A stretch of DNA of 64,000 bases, taken from the NCBI GenBank assembly GCA_029785215.1, contig JAFMAB010000003.1, positions 9,430-73,429 of the forward strand, given 5' to 3'. The DNA is from Nitrososphaerota archaeon. Lineage in GTDB: Archaea; Thermoproteota; Nitrososphaeria; Nitrososphaerales; Gagatemarchaeaceae. The position numbers and the translations under genes are program-made. The notes below the pieces were generated by a model that was not told the origin of the DNA, ran no database searches, and saw only the letters and a list, made by a program, of their open reading frames with translations. Positions 9,380 through 18,432 of the stretch are shown in pieces (the first letter of the stretch is position 1; every line of letters begins with the position of its first letter).

Positions 9380-10041
9380 CAGCCTTCCTGCTGCTTCTTT
9401 TCGATGTCTATCTGCTCTAGCTTAGTGAGGGCATCCATCACTTCGTCCCTGATCACCTTGACCCTCTTCTCTGACTCGCTCATCTCGGGTTTGGCCCTCC
9501 TCTCCACGACCCGCTCGAGGTCGGTGGCCTTCTCGACCTTGGGGGCGGCCTCCTTCTTAACAGGCTGAGGAGCTGCTGGTCCGAGCCTCTGCTTCGCCAC
9601 GTCCAGCCTGGACTCGATGTTTCGTATCTTGCTCTCAAAGAGGGTCACCAGTTCGTTTCGGAGCCCTTCGAGTTCTCCCACTTCGACGACCAGCTCGACG
9701 TCCTTCAACTTAGCCTGGAGGTCTTTGATCTGGTCGCTGTACCGCTTGGATATCATCTCCCTCTCTTCGCGGGTTATCCTCCCTTCGCTCTCCGCTTCGT
9801 AGAGTTTCATCATAGCGGAGGAGAGGAGGTCTCTCTCGACCATAATCGTCCTCATCTCTCTCCGAGAGCGCTCCAGGTCAGCAGTGGTCACGGTGGACTC
9901 GACGGTCCTAGCTTCTGCGTCGACCCGCCTCAGGGACACCTTCGCCCGCTTCGGCCTCGTGTAGAACACAACGTACGATGCCAGTCCGCCTAGGCCGAGG
10001 CCGACAATACCGGCGACCACCACCGTCAGAGCATCGACCAT
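9379..10041 (-). CDS. Membrane-anchored coiled-coil protein, function unknown
   Basis: N-terminal TM helix followed by a long charged heptad-like region. Its stop overlaps the rpiA start, and an A/T box (ggtataaaag) lies upstream. Confidence 0.45.
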   Translation of the reverse strand: MVDALTVVVAGIVGLGLGGLASYVVFYTRPKRAKVSLRRVDAEARTVESTVTTADLERSRREMRTIMVERDLLSSAMMKLYEAESEGRITREEREMISKRYSDQIKDLQAKLKDVELVVEVGELEGLRNELVTLFESKIRNIESRLDVAKQRLGPAAPQPVKKEAAPKVEKATDLERVVERRAKPEMSESEKRVKVIRDEVMDALTKLEQIDIEKKQQEG

Positions 10042-10138
10042 GCGCGCCTATCCTTGCCCGCGCTTAGGCGCTTTGGTATAAAAGCAGATTCGCGCGTGCC
10101 ACTGCACTCTCATCGGGACGTTGTGCTGTGTTGTTACT

Positions 10139-10369
10139 CTAGGTCGGCGGGGGGGATATCATGATTATGTTGTCCCCACGCACGATCAGTGTACCCAGTG
10201 AACTCGACTGTCCGTCGTCGGACACCTCTTCCGCTTTCTCGAGGGCCAGGTTCATGTGCTGGTCGAATCCTTGAAGACTCCCTCTGATGACTTTCCCTCC
10301 CTTCAGCTTGATCAAGACGACCTTCCCGAAGCTCTCGTCAAGGACCTTGACTGCCATGTCTACGGACAA
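10139..10369 (-). CDS. Sm-like archaeal protein (SmAP/LSm)
   Basis: Sm1/Sm2 pattern: VLIKLKGGKVIRGSLQGFDQHMNLAL...LIVRGDNIIMI. Confidence 0.85.
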   Translation of the reverse strand: MSVDMAVKVLDESFGKVVLIKLKGGKVIRGSLQGFDQHMNLALEKAEEVSDDGQSSSLGTLIVRGDNIIMISPPPT

Positions 10370-10400
10370 GTTGTTCCCTTGAACCTGCCGTCTGGATTCA

Positions 10401-10410
10401 TTTATTTAAA
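10401..10410. promoter_or_regulatory. Shared A/T box (TTTATTTAAA) between the divergent Sm and PUA genes
   Basis: It is the only A/T-rich decamer in the 63-nt spacer. It lies 23 nt upstream of TTG 10433 and about 30-40 nt upstream of the minus-strand start at 10369. Confidence 0.45.
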
Positions 10411-10432
10411 GCAGTCATGAACGCTCCCCCAG

Positions 10433-10912
10433 TTGAAAAAATGGGTCCTGTCACACCGAGACTCGGTAGGGATGATCGCGAAGCTGGAGGGGTCCATGGG
10501 CGTCTCCTTCAGCCTGCCAAAGTCTGCCCAGGCGGAGTGTGCGGAACCAGAAGAAGGAATCGTCTTCGTTAAGCTCGAAGATTACGAGCTGGTGCAGTCT
10601 GGAGAGGTGTTCTTCCCGTTCCTGGGGTCTCAGCCTGCCCTCGCCCTCTTCCCGTCCGTCGTGGTCGACGAGGGTGCCATCAGGTTCCTCATCAACGGGG
10701 CCGACGTGATGCGGCCTGGCATAAGGAAGATGGATGATTGGGGGGCGCCAGGGAAACTTGTTGTCGTCAGGGAGGAGAAGAAGGGGCGCGTCATAGTGGT
10801 CGGCCGCGCGACCGTCCCAGGCGCTGAAGCTCAGTCAATGTCCAAGGGCGAGTGCGTGAAGAACATGCACTATGTGGGAGACCGGTACTGGAACGCCCAC
10901 AAATCCCTCTGA
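10433..10912 (+). CDS. PUA-domain RNA-binding protein (MCT-1/Tma20-like)
   Basis: C-terminal PUA pattern: NGADVMRPGI...VVVREEKKGRVIVVGRA. Confidence 0.65.
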   Translation: MKKWVLSHRDSVGMIAKLEGSMGVSFSLPKSAQAECAEPEEGIVFVKLEDYELVQSGEVFFPFLGSQPALALFPSVVVDEGAIRFLINGADVMRPGIRKMDDWGAPGKLVVVREEKKGRVIVVGRATVPGAEAQSMSKGECVKNMHYVGDRYWNAHKSL

Positions 10913-11045
10913 TCGGTTTTACTTTCGCGCTCCCCTCTCCTTTTAAGCTGAGAAGGAAATCCCCGCCCAGAGAACTATTCTCTACAACGGTGTCTAACTA
11001 ATTCAGGGCTGCGATAGAATTGCTGGCGCCGCCCTACCCTTAATA

Positions 11046-11372
11046 ATGACCATGAGTCACGGAGAACCACTTCAAATGTCCGGTGTGATGCAGGAGAGGA
11101 AGCTCGAAGGGAAGAGCAAGGAGATTCTTCTGAAGGCGCTGGCGCTCAAGAGCATCGAGGAGCTGCCCAAGATTCAGGAAGACGTCTCCAACAAGACCAT
11201 AGTGATACTCAAAGTGACCCCGCTGGCCCAGAAGAGCCTCGAAGAGCTAAAGTCCTCGGTCGAGCAGCTATACGAGTTCGCCACCTCGGTCGGTGGGGAC
11301 ATCGCCAGGCTTGGGGACGAAAGGGTCGTGATCACCCCTCCGGGCGTGAGGATCTGGCGCGGCCTCCAGTAG
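11046..11372 (+). CDS. sepF: SepF-like (DUF552) cell-division protein
   Basis: ILKVTPLAQKSLEELKSSVEQLYEFATSVGGDIARLGDERVVITPPGV resembles the SepF core fold signature. Confidence 0.5.
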   Translation: MTMSHGEPLQMSGVMQERKLEGKSKEILLKALALKSIEELPKIQEDVSNKTIVILKVTPLAQKSLEELKSSVEQLYEFATSVGGDIARLGDERVVITPPGVRIWRGLQ

Positions 11373-11571
11373 GCCCCTCGTATCATGAATACCTGAGCCG
11401 CTTTCATACAAGCACGTGCGGCTACGCGGCCCTCCGCCGTAAGCTCCAACAAAGGCGGGCAACGGCACGAACAGATTGCGAGCCACGTCCTCCGGGCCTC
11501 CCCGTCACGAATCTGAACCAGTCGCGGGGACGGACTTCAGACCCAGGGGCGTTGTCGGATCCGAGCCAGTG

Positions 11572-13485
11572 TCAGTAGACCCTGATTGCTTCCTGGACTG
11601 CGGGGTGAATCGCGGGGACCCGGTAAATCCTCTGTATGGCGTATGCGAGGTTCTCCGTCTTCCTCTTCTCTCCGTGGTTCACGAGCACCAGCTGCAGCTT
11701 CGGTCTCACCTTGCCTACGAAGCGGATTATCTGGTTGTAGTCGCTGTGGCCGCTGAAGCCGTCCACCTTCTGGACCGAAGCCCTGACGTCTACGATCTTT
11801 ATCTTGCCGTCCTGACCCATCAGGCTCGCCTGGCTCCCCCCGTCGAGGATCCTCCTTCCTATGGTCCCCTGCACCTGGTATGAGACAAAGATGATCTTGT
11901 TCTTCTCTGAGGGGGCGAGGTGTTCGAAGTAGTCGAGGACAGGCCCTCCCTCTAGCATCCCCGATGTCGCCATGATGATGGCAGGCCCTTCTCTGTACGC
12001 CTCTTCTCTGTCGCTCGGGTGCTCTACTTCGGTAAAGTACTCAGACTTGAACGGATTCACCCCTTCTTCGAGTATCTTGGCTCTCAGCTCCCTGGAAAGA
12101 TAGTCGGCATAGGAGACGTGAATCGCCGTGGCTTCCGAGATCATCCCTTCCGTGAAGACCGGCGCCTCCACGAGCACCTTGTTCTTCATGTACTGATCTA
12201 TCACCAGAAGTATCTCCTGTGCCCTCCCCACGGCTGGGATTGGGATCAGCACCTTCCCTCCGTTTCTGAGGGTGCCGTTGATGGCGTTGACGAAGTTCAT
12301 CTCCACCTCTTCACGTACCGGCATGATGTCCTCCTTTGCACCGTAGGTGCTCTCGGTGATTAGAGTCTCTACCCTGGGATAGTTCCAGGTAGCCGAGTCG
12401 AAGAGTTGGGTTCTCCCATACTTGTAGTCCCCGGTGTAGACTATGTTGTGCGCGCCTTCCCCGATGTGGAGGTGGACAGTCGCGGACCCTAAGATGTGCC
12501 CGGCGTTGTTGAACACGAGCTTGATGTCGGGCGATATGTCCGTCACCATGCCGTAGGGGAGGGTGATAGTGTGCTGAATCTCGTCTCTGATGTCCTTCTG
12601 GTCGTAAATCAGCCTACCTCCTTCGATCTGGGCGATTTTGACGAAGTCGTTCTGCAGCATGGTCATCAGAGGGAGGGTCGGCTCCGTGCAGTACACAGGT
12701 CCGTCGTAGCCATACTTGTACATGGCAGGGACGAAGCCCTGGTGGTCGAGATGCGCATGGCTCACCACTATGGCATCTATCTCTCCTGGCGATATGTCGG
12801 CCCAGTCGAGGCGCGGATAGGCGTCCCAAGGGTTCCTCGAGCCAGGATGTATGCCGCAGTCAAGTAGCACCTTGCTCTCCGCCGTCTCGACGAGCACGCA
12901 CGACCTTCCCACCTGTTGAAACGCGCCGAGGGTCTTGATGGTGACGTGCTCCTCTGCGGCGATCCGTGGTCTGAATATCGCTTCGCCCAGCTCCCGGTAA
13001 AACTTCTCTCTTATCTCGGACCCTGCTTTCAGCGCGAAGTATACGTTCTGGATGGCGGTGGATTTTATGTGCGGGGCCTTGCGGACCTTGATCTTCCATC
13101 CCGTATTCTCCATGGCGCTGCCAAGGTCGAAACCAGCGTCCTGAGAGAGCAGCCTGGGATTCTCCGCTTCGATGGTTATCTCGCCCAGCGCGTCGTCGAA
13201 GAAGTAGTTGGACGCCCCCGCGTCCGGAGGGACGGTCCTCTCGAGGACCTGCCTCGCATCGCTCTCCTGTTTCCTTATTGACTTCTCAGTCCTGGTGACG
13301 ACCCTCCTCTTCAGGGAGTTCACTATCTCTGAAATGACATAGCTGTTCTTGTGGAGGTAGGCTGGGTTCTTTGTATAGAGGGCTATCCTGGGGCCCTCAT
13401 ACTCTATCCTTGTGATCTGAGCCTCCGCTGGGATATTGTTCAGAATAGCGCTCATCAGGCTCACGCCGTTGGCTTTCTGTTCCAA
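11572..13485 (-). CDS. aCPSF1 beta-CASP ribonuclease with N-terminal KH domains
   Basis: 637 aa with the VSHAHLDHQG metallo-beta-lactamase motif, beta-CASP and C-terminal motifs, and a KH-like N-terminus. Confidence 0.9.
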   Translation of the reverse strand: MEQKANGVSLMSAILNNIPAEAQITRIEYEGPRIALYTKNPAYLHKNSYVISEIVNSLKRRVVTRTEKSIRKQESDARQVLERTVPPDAGASNYFFDDALGEITIEAENPRLLSQDAGFDLGSAMENTGWKIKVRKAPHIKSTAIQNVYFALKAGSEIREKFYRELGEAIFRPRIAAEEHVTIKTLGAFQQVGRSCVLVETAESKVLLDCGIHPGSRNPWDAYPRLDWADISPGEIDAIVVSHAHLDHQGFVPAMYKYGYDGPVYCTEPTLPLMTMLQNDFVKIAQIEGGRLIYDQKDIRDEIQHTITLPYGMVTDISPDIKLVFNNAGHILGSATVHLHIGEGAHNIVYTGDYKYGRTQLFDSATWNYPRVETLITESTYGAKEDIMPVREEVEMNFVNAINGTLRNGGKVLIPIPAVGRAQEILLVIDQYMKNKVLVEAPVFTEGMISEATAIHVSYADYLSRELRAKILEEGVNPFKSEYFTEVEHPSDREEAYREGPAIIMATSGMLEGGPVLDYFEHLAPSEKNKIIFVSYQVQGTIGRRILDGGSQASLMGQDGKIKIVDVRASVQKVDGFSGHSDYNQIIRFVGKVRPKLQLVLVNHGEKRKTENLAYAIQRIYRVPAIHPAVQEAIRVY

Positions 13486-13487
13486 GA

Positions 13488-14168
13488 CTAACTTTTAGTT
13501 GTAAACTGGGCCAGGAGCTTGTCCTTCTCAGCTTCTGTCAGCTCGCGGAACCCTCCCTTGTCGATTATCCCTACGTCGAAGTGGTCCCCCGTCGCCACGT
13601 TTCTACTGGTGGCCGCGATTATCGCCTTGGCGGCCAGCGGGTAAGCTTTCACCACCGCCATCCCAGCCTTGAACTCCGCCTCCAGCACTCCGTAGGCGAC
13701 AGGCGAACCGCTCCCCGTGGCTATCATGTTCTCCTGGTTGAGCGAACCGAATATGTCGACGTTGAAAAGGGAGCCACCGGTAGAGTCTACTCCCCCAACC
13801 AGCACGTCTGCTATCAGAGGATAAAGTCTCGATGAAAAGAGCATGTTCGACACCACCTGTGCCGCCGCCTTCACTGGCATCTGCCTCCCCTTCTCCATCC
13901 TGTACATGCTCGAGTAATACTTCGCTGTGTCGGTCACGTTCTGGGCATCCGCCACCCCGCCGGATATGGTCATCGCGATGTTGTCGTCGATTCTGATAAG
14001 TTTCTTGCCTCTCTTGTGCGCGATGAATCCGCCTGCTGTGACCCGTGTGTCTGTCGCCAGCACTACCCCATCGGGACAGACCAGTCCAACAGTGGTGGTG
14101 CCGTGATACGTGGCCGACCCTAGCATCTTACCCCCAGTCTGGTTGTATTCTCTAGACACTTTGTCCAC
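13488..14168 (-). CDS. psmB: Proteasome subunit beta (paralog 1)
   Basis: Propeptide followed by the HG/TTTVGL active-site Thr. GTG start. Confidence 0.9.
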   Translation of the reverse strand: MDKVSREYNQTGGKMLGSATYHGTTTVGLVCPDGVVLATDTRVTAGGFIAHKRGKKLIRIDDNIAMTISGGVADAQNVTDTAKYYSSMYRMEKGRQMPVKAAAQVVSNMLFSSRLYPLIADVLVGGVDSTGGSLFNVDIFGSLNQENMIATGSGSPVAYGVLEAEFKAGMAVVKAYPLAAKAIIAATSRNVATGDHFDVGIIDKGGFRELTEAEKDKLLAQFTTKS

Positions 14169-14862
14169 AAACCCCTCAGAACGGACAGACGCCGCGCTCC
14201 CTGTTGCTTATTTAATCTTTCCAAGTTCCGCGGATTTCAATCCTTCAGCGATGGGGGAACGGAGCCGAGCGTCGGGAGTCGCCCTGCATGGGCATCCTGC
14301 ACGCGCTGATACAGATTTTCGACGCACAAGGAGAAACGGAGGGACTCGGCGTAGCCGTCTGGTGTCGGACCCTCTCCGCGAACGTCCGACCAAGATTCTA
14401 TCATCGATGCCGGCGCGTGGCCTCGACGCGAGCCTTCCGACATCACCTCCGACACGAGGGCGAACATTGTGCATGCCTGCGCTCTAGAACGTGAAGAGCT
14501 CGCGGGTCTGCTCCTCTTGCTTGGGGAGCAGGCCAGCGCCTTCCCCCCGGGCTGCCCTTCACTCACCTCTCCGCAGAAGAGGCGTTGGGGGGGCTTGTGG
14601 AACTCCCGGGAGGCTTCCCTGAGCGAGGGTCCGGAGCAGGCTCATGTGGGCTCCGAGCCGAGCGCTGCAGGTTTCTACAACGCATGCGGCTTCACGAGTG
14701 CCCCTGCTGCGCCTGACGACCAGTAGATGCCCCATGCTTCGACCAAGGGTCGGCGCCTGGACGAATCCGCTTTGGCAACTGCCAAGACCCCCGGCGAGTC
14801 GCCTCTGTGCGACGCCTGACCCACCGAAGTGGCCTTAAGGCACTACGCGAGGCGCCCCCCAC
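14169..14862. other. ORF-free, hairpin-dense spacer; candidate structured-RNA locus (family unassigned)
   Basis: No plausible coding frame in 694 bp. Several stable stems are present, including a 12-nt hairpin at 14821-14832 that reads C(UUCG)G on the minus strand. See findings. Confidence 0.3.
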
Positions 14863-15900
14863 ATGGACCCCGGCTACCACCTCATGGAGCTCCCCACCAA
14901 GATACTGATTGGGGACGGGGTCATCGGGAAGCTGGGCGGGTTTGTGACAGACAAAGGCCCCCGGAAGACAGTGATATCGTCAGGTTCCCACGTCACCTCA
15001 AAGGTGAGGGCGACCGTGGACGGCACCCTGGATAAGAGACCTGTCTGGGTTGAAGTGACGGCGGCCGACACGCAGAACGTGGACAAGGTGACGCGCGCAG
15101 CTAAGGGGGCCGGGAGGATAATAGGGGTGGGGGGCGGCAAGAGCGTGGATGTTGGGAAGCTGGCCGCGTTCCAGCTCGGGGTCCCGTTCTACTCGGTCCC
15201 CACCAGCGCGTCCCACGACGGGATATCCAGCCCGTTCGCGTCGCTCAGGGGGCTCGACAGGCCTTACTCTGTGAAGGCCAAACCTCCCGTGGGAATTCTC
15301 GCCGACACAGAGGTGATCGGCTCCGCGCCAAAGCGGCTGCTTGCGTCGGGGTGCGGGGACCTCGTGTCGAAGCTGACGGCGGTCAAGGACTGGCAGCTGG
15401 CGCACAAGGCTACCGGGGAGTACTATGGAGGATACTCAGCGAGCTTGGCGCTCATGAGCGCCGATGTGGTCCTGAACGGGTCCAAGGCCATGGGGAGATT
15501 TGGGAAAGCGAGTGTCCGTGACCTTGTGGAAGCGCTGATCAGCACCGGTGTGGCCGCTGGCATAGCCGGGAGCTCCAGACCATGCTCCGGTTCAGAGCAC
15601 CTCTTCAGCCACTACCTTGACGTCTTGGAACCAGGGGTCGGGCTACATGGAGAGAAGTGCGGGATCGGGACGATAATGATGGCACGGCTCCACGGGCTTG
15701 ACTGGAGGCGCGTGAGGGAGGCTCTCCTGAACGTAGGCGCCCCGGTGGAGGCCTCGGCAATAGGCATCGGTGATTCGCCTGTGGTCCAGTCGTTGGCCAA
15801 GGCGAGCACAATCAGGCCCGACAGGTACACGATCCTCTCTGAGAGGAGGCTCGACGAAAGGAGCGCGAAGGCGCTGGCCAGGGCTACCGGCGTTATCTAG
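14863..15900 (+). CDS. egsA: NAD(P)-dependent glycerol-1-phosphate dehydrogenase
   Basis: GVGGGKSVDVGK and PTSASHDGISSPFAS motifs of archaeal G1PDH. Confidence 0.9.
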   Translation: MDPGYHLMELPTKILIGDGVIGKLGGFVTDKGPRKTVISSGSHVTSKVRATVDGTLDKRPVWVEVTAADTQNVDKVTRAAKGAGRIIGVGGGKSVDVGKLAAFQLGVPFYSVPTSASHDGISSPFASLRGLDRPYSVKAKPPVGILADTEVIGSAPKRLLASGCGDLVSKLTAVKDWQLAHKATGEYYGGYSASLALMSADVVLNGSKAMGRFGKASVRDLVEALISTGVAAGIAGSSRPCSGSEHLFSHYLDVLEPGVGLHGEKCGIGTIMMARLHGLDWRRVREALLNVGAPVEASAIGIGDSPVVQSLAKASTIRPDRYTILSERRLDERSAKALARATGVI

Positions 15901-16685
15901 GCAGTCTCAGCGTTCGTGCCGGTCTTCACCGGCGCCTTTTCATCATCCGGCTGGGCCTTACCAGCCCCGGCCCCTTCGCTCTTCTCCTCCTTCGGAAGGG
16001 CCTTCTCATTCTTGAATGTCTCCACGAAGGCGAGCGAAGAGATCGCTGGAACGAACTTGAACACGTCGTTGGCAATCCCTCTCTTGATTATCTGGAGCCC
16101 TTCGACCAAGAACAGGTCTTGCGGGACCGTCACAGTCAGGTTGCCGCCGTTCAGCTCGAACGTTGCTCTGCTCCCCTCTCCTGCCAGCCTCCTGTCGATT
16201 AGAGCCCTCACCTTGTCGTCGTCTGCTTCGACTTTCTTGAGGACTTCAAAGTCGTAGACAATCGACTTCCCAGCGAGCCTGTGGTTGAAGTCAACCTGCG
16301 CCCTTCCAGACCCGATGAACCTCACAATGCCAACTCTGTTGTCAACGTCCACGCTATCGCCCACGGCTAGCTCGTGCTCCCTATCCCCGAATTTCCGGAG
16401 CGGGATCATGCGGAGCTGGGTAGGATCCCTGTTGCCGAACGCCTTCTCCGGGGAGAGTTCGATCTCCTTCTTGTCCCCCACTGAGAGCTTAGCCACCTCG
16501 GCGTCCAGGCCGGTGATGAGCCACCCCTCGCCCACGGCCACGAGTCTTGGCTCGTATCTCCTCGCCTCCTCGTATATCTTGAGCTGCTTGGCCTCGGACT
16601 CCACAGTGGACTCGATGCCTTCGCCGGTATCCTTCACCCACGCGGTGTAGTTTGCGAATATCAGGCTGCCCTTCTCAAACGCCAT
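15897..16685 (-). CDS. Long-type FKBP peptidyl-prolyl isomerase
   Basis: FKBP core with an inserted flap domain (LVAVGEGWLITGLDAEVAKLSVGDKKE) and a charged C-terminal tail. Confidence 0.8.
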   Translation of the reverse strand: MAFEKGSLIFANYTAWVKDTGEGIESTVESEAKQLKIYEEARRYEPRLVAVGEGWLITGLDAEVAKLSVGDKKEIELSPEKAFGNRDPTQLRMIPLRKFGDREHELAVGDSVDVDNRVGIVRFIGSGRAQVDFNHRLAGKSIVYDFEVLKKVEADDDKVRALIDRRLAGEGSRATFELNGGNLTVTVPQDLFLVEGLQIIKRGIANDVFKFVPAISSLAFVETFKNEKALPKEEKSEGAGAGKAQPDDEKAPVKTGTNAETA

Positions 16686-16722
16686 GGATTTCGACCAGCC
16701 TCCAGGTTGGGTTTAAAGAGTT

Positions 16723-17826
16723 TCAGCTCCCGAAGGCGGCAAGGGTCTCTCCTATGGCCCGCAGCGTGGTCTCTACGTAGGCCTCGTTGATCTGGCCCAT
16801 GCATCCTACCCTGAACACTTTGCCCGCGAACGGGCCGAATCCGCCTGCTATCACGACCCCCTTGCGCTGGGCTAGCTCCTCCCTGAACCTCGAGTCGTCA
16901 ACCCCTTGGGGGTAGTACGAAGCGACGACCGTCTTGGACCTCACGGACTTCTCCGCTACCGCCTTGAGGCCCAGTTTCGCCAGGCCGTCGTATATGCCCA
17001 CAGACATGCGGTCGTGCCTTTCGACCCTCTTCTCCAGCCCCTCTTCGAGAAGTTCCTCCAAAGCCTCGTCCAGCGCGTAGTAAAGTGGGAGGGCCGGTGT
17101 GAAAGGCGTCTGCCCCTTGGCGCCATACTCCAGGTACCTGTGGAGGTCGAAGTATCTGGTCTTTGGTGGAGATCCCTTCAGGTAATCTGCCACCCTATCG
17201 CTCACCGAGAGCAGCGCCAGTCCAGGGGGGGCTGCGACGCACTTTTGGCTCCCGGTGATGCAAACGTCCACCCCCCACCTGTCGACAGGGATGGCGTACC
17301 CCCCAAGACTGGAGATGGCGTCTATCACTGCGAAGGCCCCACTGTCCCTGGCGAGCCTTGTGGCCTCCTCGACGTAGGGGACCGCCACCCCCGTGCTGGT
17401 CTCGTTGTGCACCAAGAACATCGCCTTGACTTTCTCATGCTGCTCCATGGCAGATTTCAGCTGTTCAAGGGTCGGAACCTTCCCGAAGTCAGACGAGACC
17501 CGAATCGCCACTCCACCGGCTAGCTCCACGGTCTCCGCGAGCCTCATGCTGAATTCGCCGAAGACAGGTACCACGGCTACGTCCCCTGGCCGTATGAGGT
17601 TCCAGACCGCAGCCTCTACCCCCCCTGTGCCTGACGAGGAAAGTACCACCGCTTCTCCCTGCGTCTGGAAGAGGCGCTTCGTCTTGTCGAGGACCCCTTT
17701 GTAGAGCTCAGTGAACTCATTGCCTCTGTGGTTGATGACAGGGTTGAGCATCGCCCGCATGACCCTCTCTGAAACGTTGGTGGGTCCAGGAAGCATGATC
17801 AGCTTCTGTTTATCCATGCCTGCCAC
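16723..17826 (-). CDS. Class V aminotransferase (serine-pyruvate / alanine-glyoxylate type)
   Basis: MLPGPTNV N-terminus, TGSQKC PLP-lysine motif, HNETSTG. Confidence 0.8.
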   Translation of the reverse strand: MAGMDKQKLIMLPGPTNVSERVMRAMLNPVINHRGNEFTELYKGVLDKTKRLFQTQGEAVVLSSSGTGGVEAAVWNLIRPGDVAVVPVFGEFSMRLAETVELAGGVAIRVSSDFGKVPTLEQLKSAMEQHEKVKAMFLVHNETSTGVAVPYVEEATRLARDSGAFAVIDAISSLGGYAIPVDRWGVDVCITGSQKCVAAPPGLALLSVSDRVADYLKGSPPKTRYFDLHRYLEYGAKGQTPFTPALPLYYALDEALEELLEEGLEKRVERHDRMSVGIYDGLAKLGLKAVAEKSVRSKTVVASYYPQGVDDSRFREELAQRKGVVIAGGFGPFAGKVFRVGCMGQINEAYVETTLRAIGETLAAFGS

Positions 17827-18346
17827 CCTTCAGGTCCTTGCGGATAAGCGCTCTCACGCGCTCCACTCCGCCGAACTTCTCAACCAGCCTGGCCACCTGG
17901 GCCGGCACCAGTGCTTTCCAGTCCTTGCGTTCAAGAATCCTGTCCCTGACGTTGGTGGCCGAGTACTTCTCCCTGTCTAGGTATGGCACCGCCTTCACCT
18001 GGATGCCTTCTTCTCTGAAGAGCAGGAACGTCAGCGCGTCGTTCGTGAATACCCTGTCGAACTTAGGGACCATGGACACCACGGTGGACACCCACAGAGA
18101 GTGCGAATCGGCGTCCGCGATGGGTATCGCCATCCACCTTGAAGGGTCCACTCCGTTACCGTCCAGCGCCGCCTTGATCATCGCAATCCTTTCCCCTGCC
18201 GTGAAAGGGTTGTCCCTTTCATGGCTTCTCTGGGCTGACCCTACCACCACGTAGAGGTAGTCCACCTCACGCAGGGCGTACTTCACAGCTCCAAGATGAC
18301 CAAGATGGAACGGTTGGAACCGGCCGACCAGAAGACCGACCCGCAT
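17810..18346 (-). CDS. nadM: Nicotinamide-nucleotide adenylyltransferase (archaeal type)
   Basis: GRFQPFHLGH nucleotidyltransferase motif; 178 aa. Confidence 0.85.
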   Translation of the reverse strand: MRVGLLVGRFQPFHLGHLGAVKYALREVDYLYVVVGSAQRSHERDNPFTAGERIAMIKAALDGNGVDPSRWMAIPIADADSHSLWVSTVVSMVPKFDRVFTNDALTFLLFREEGIQVKAVPYLDREKYSATNVRDRILERKDWKALVPAQVARLVEKFGGVERVRALIRKDLKGGRHG

Positions 18347-18432
18347 CCGACTTCGTTCGGCCCGCCCCTGCGGGCTCTATTTAAGAAGACCAGCGCCATA
18401 GCTTAACAGGTCGTGGTCTGACGAGGCTCGCC

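Noticed and set aside
11373-11571. The 199-bp convergent spacer between sepF and aCPSF1 as a possible C/D-box sRNA or other small RNA.
   Set aside because: No RUGAUGA/CUGA box pairs at appropriate spacing and no tRNA-like fold were found by eye. It most likely contains only the two terminators.
14600-14780. Possible archaeal RNase P RNA on the plus strand: GAGGGTCCGG resembling CR-I, CAGTAGATG resembling J18/2, and GGACGAATCCGCTTT resembling CR-V.
   Set aside because: The near-invariant GGAAAGUCC of CR-I is absent on both strands. The proposed P4 strands do not pair. Only about 145 nt separate the two motifs, with no GGGUGAAA or GUAAGAGC elements. The locus is kept only as an unassigned candidate pending a covariance-model search.
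14700-14790. Possible SRP RNA helix 8 on the minus strand: CCAGG...hairpin...AAGCAUGG arrangement.
   Set aside because: The hairpin is capped by a CUU triloop on a 5-bp stem instead of the conserved GGAA tetraloop. No convincing Alu-domain or helix 6 elements appear in the right order.
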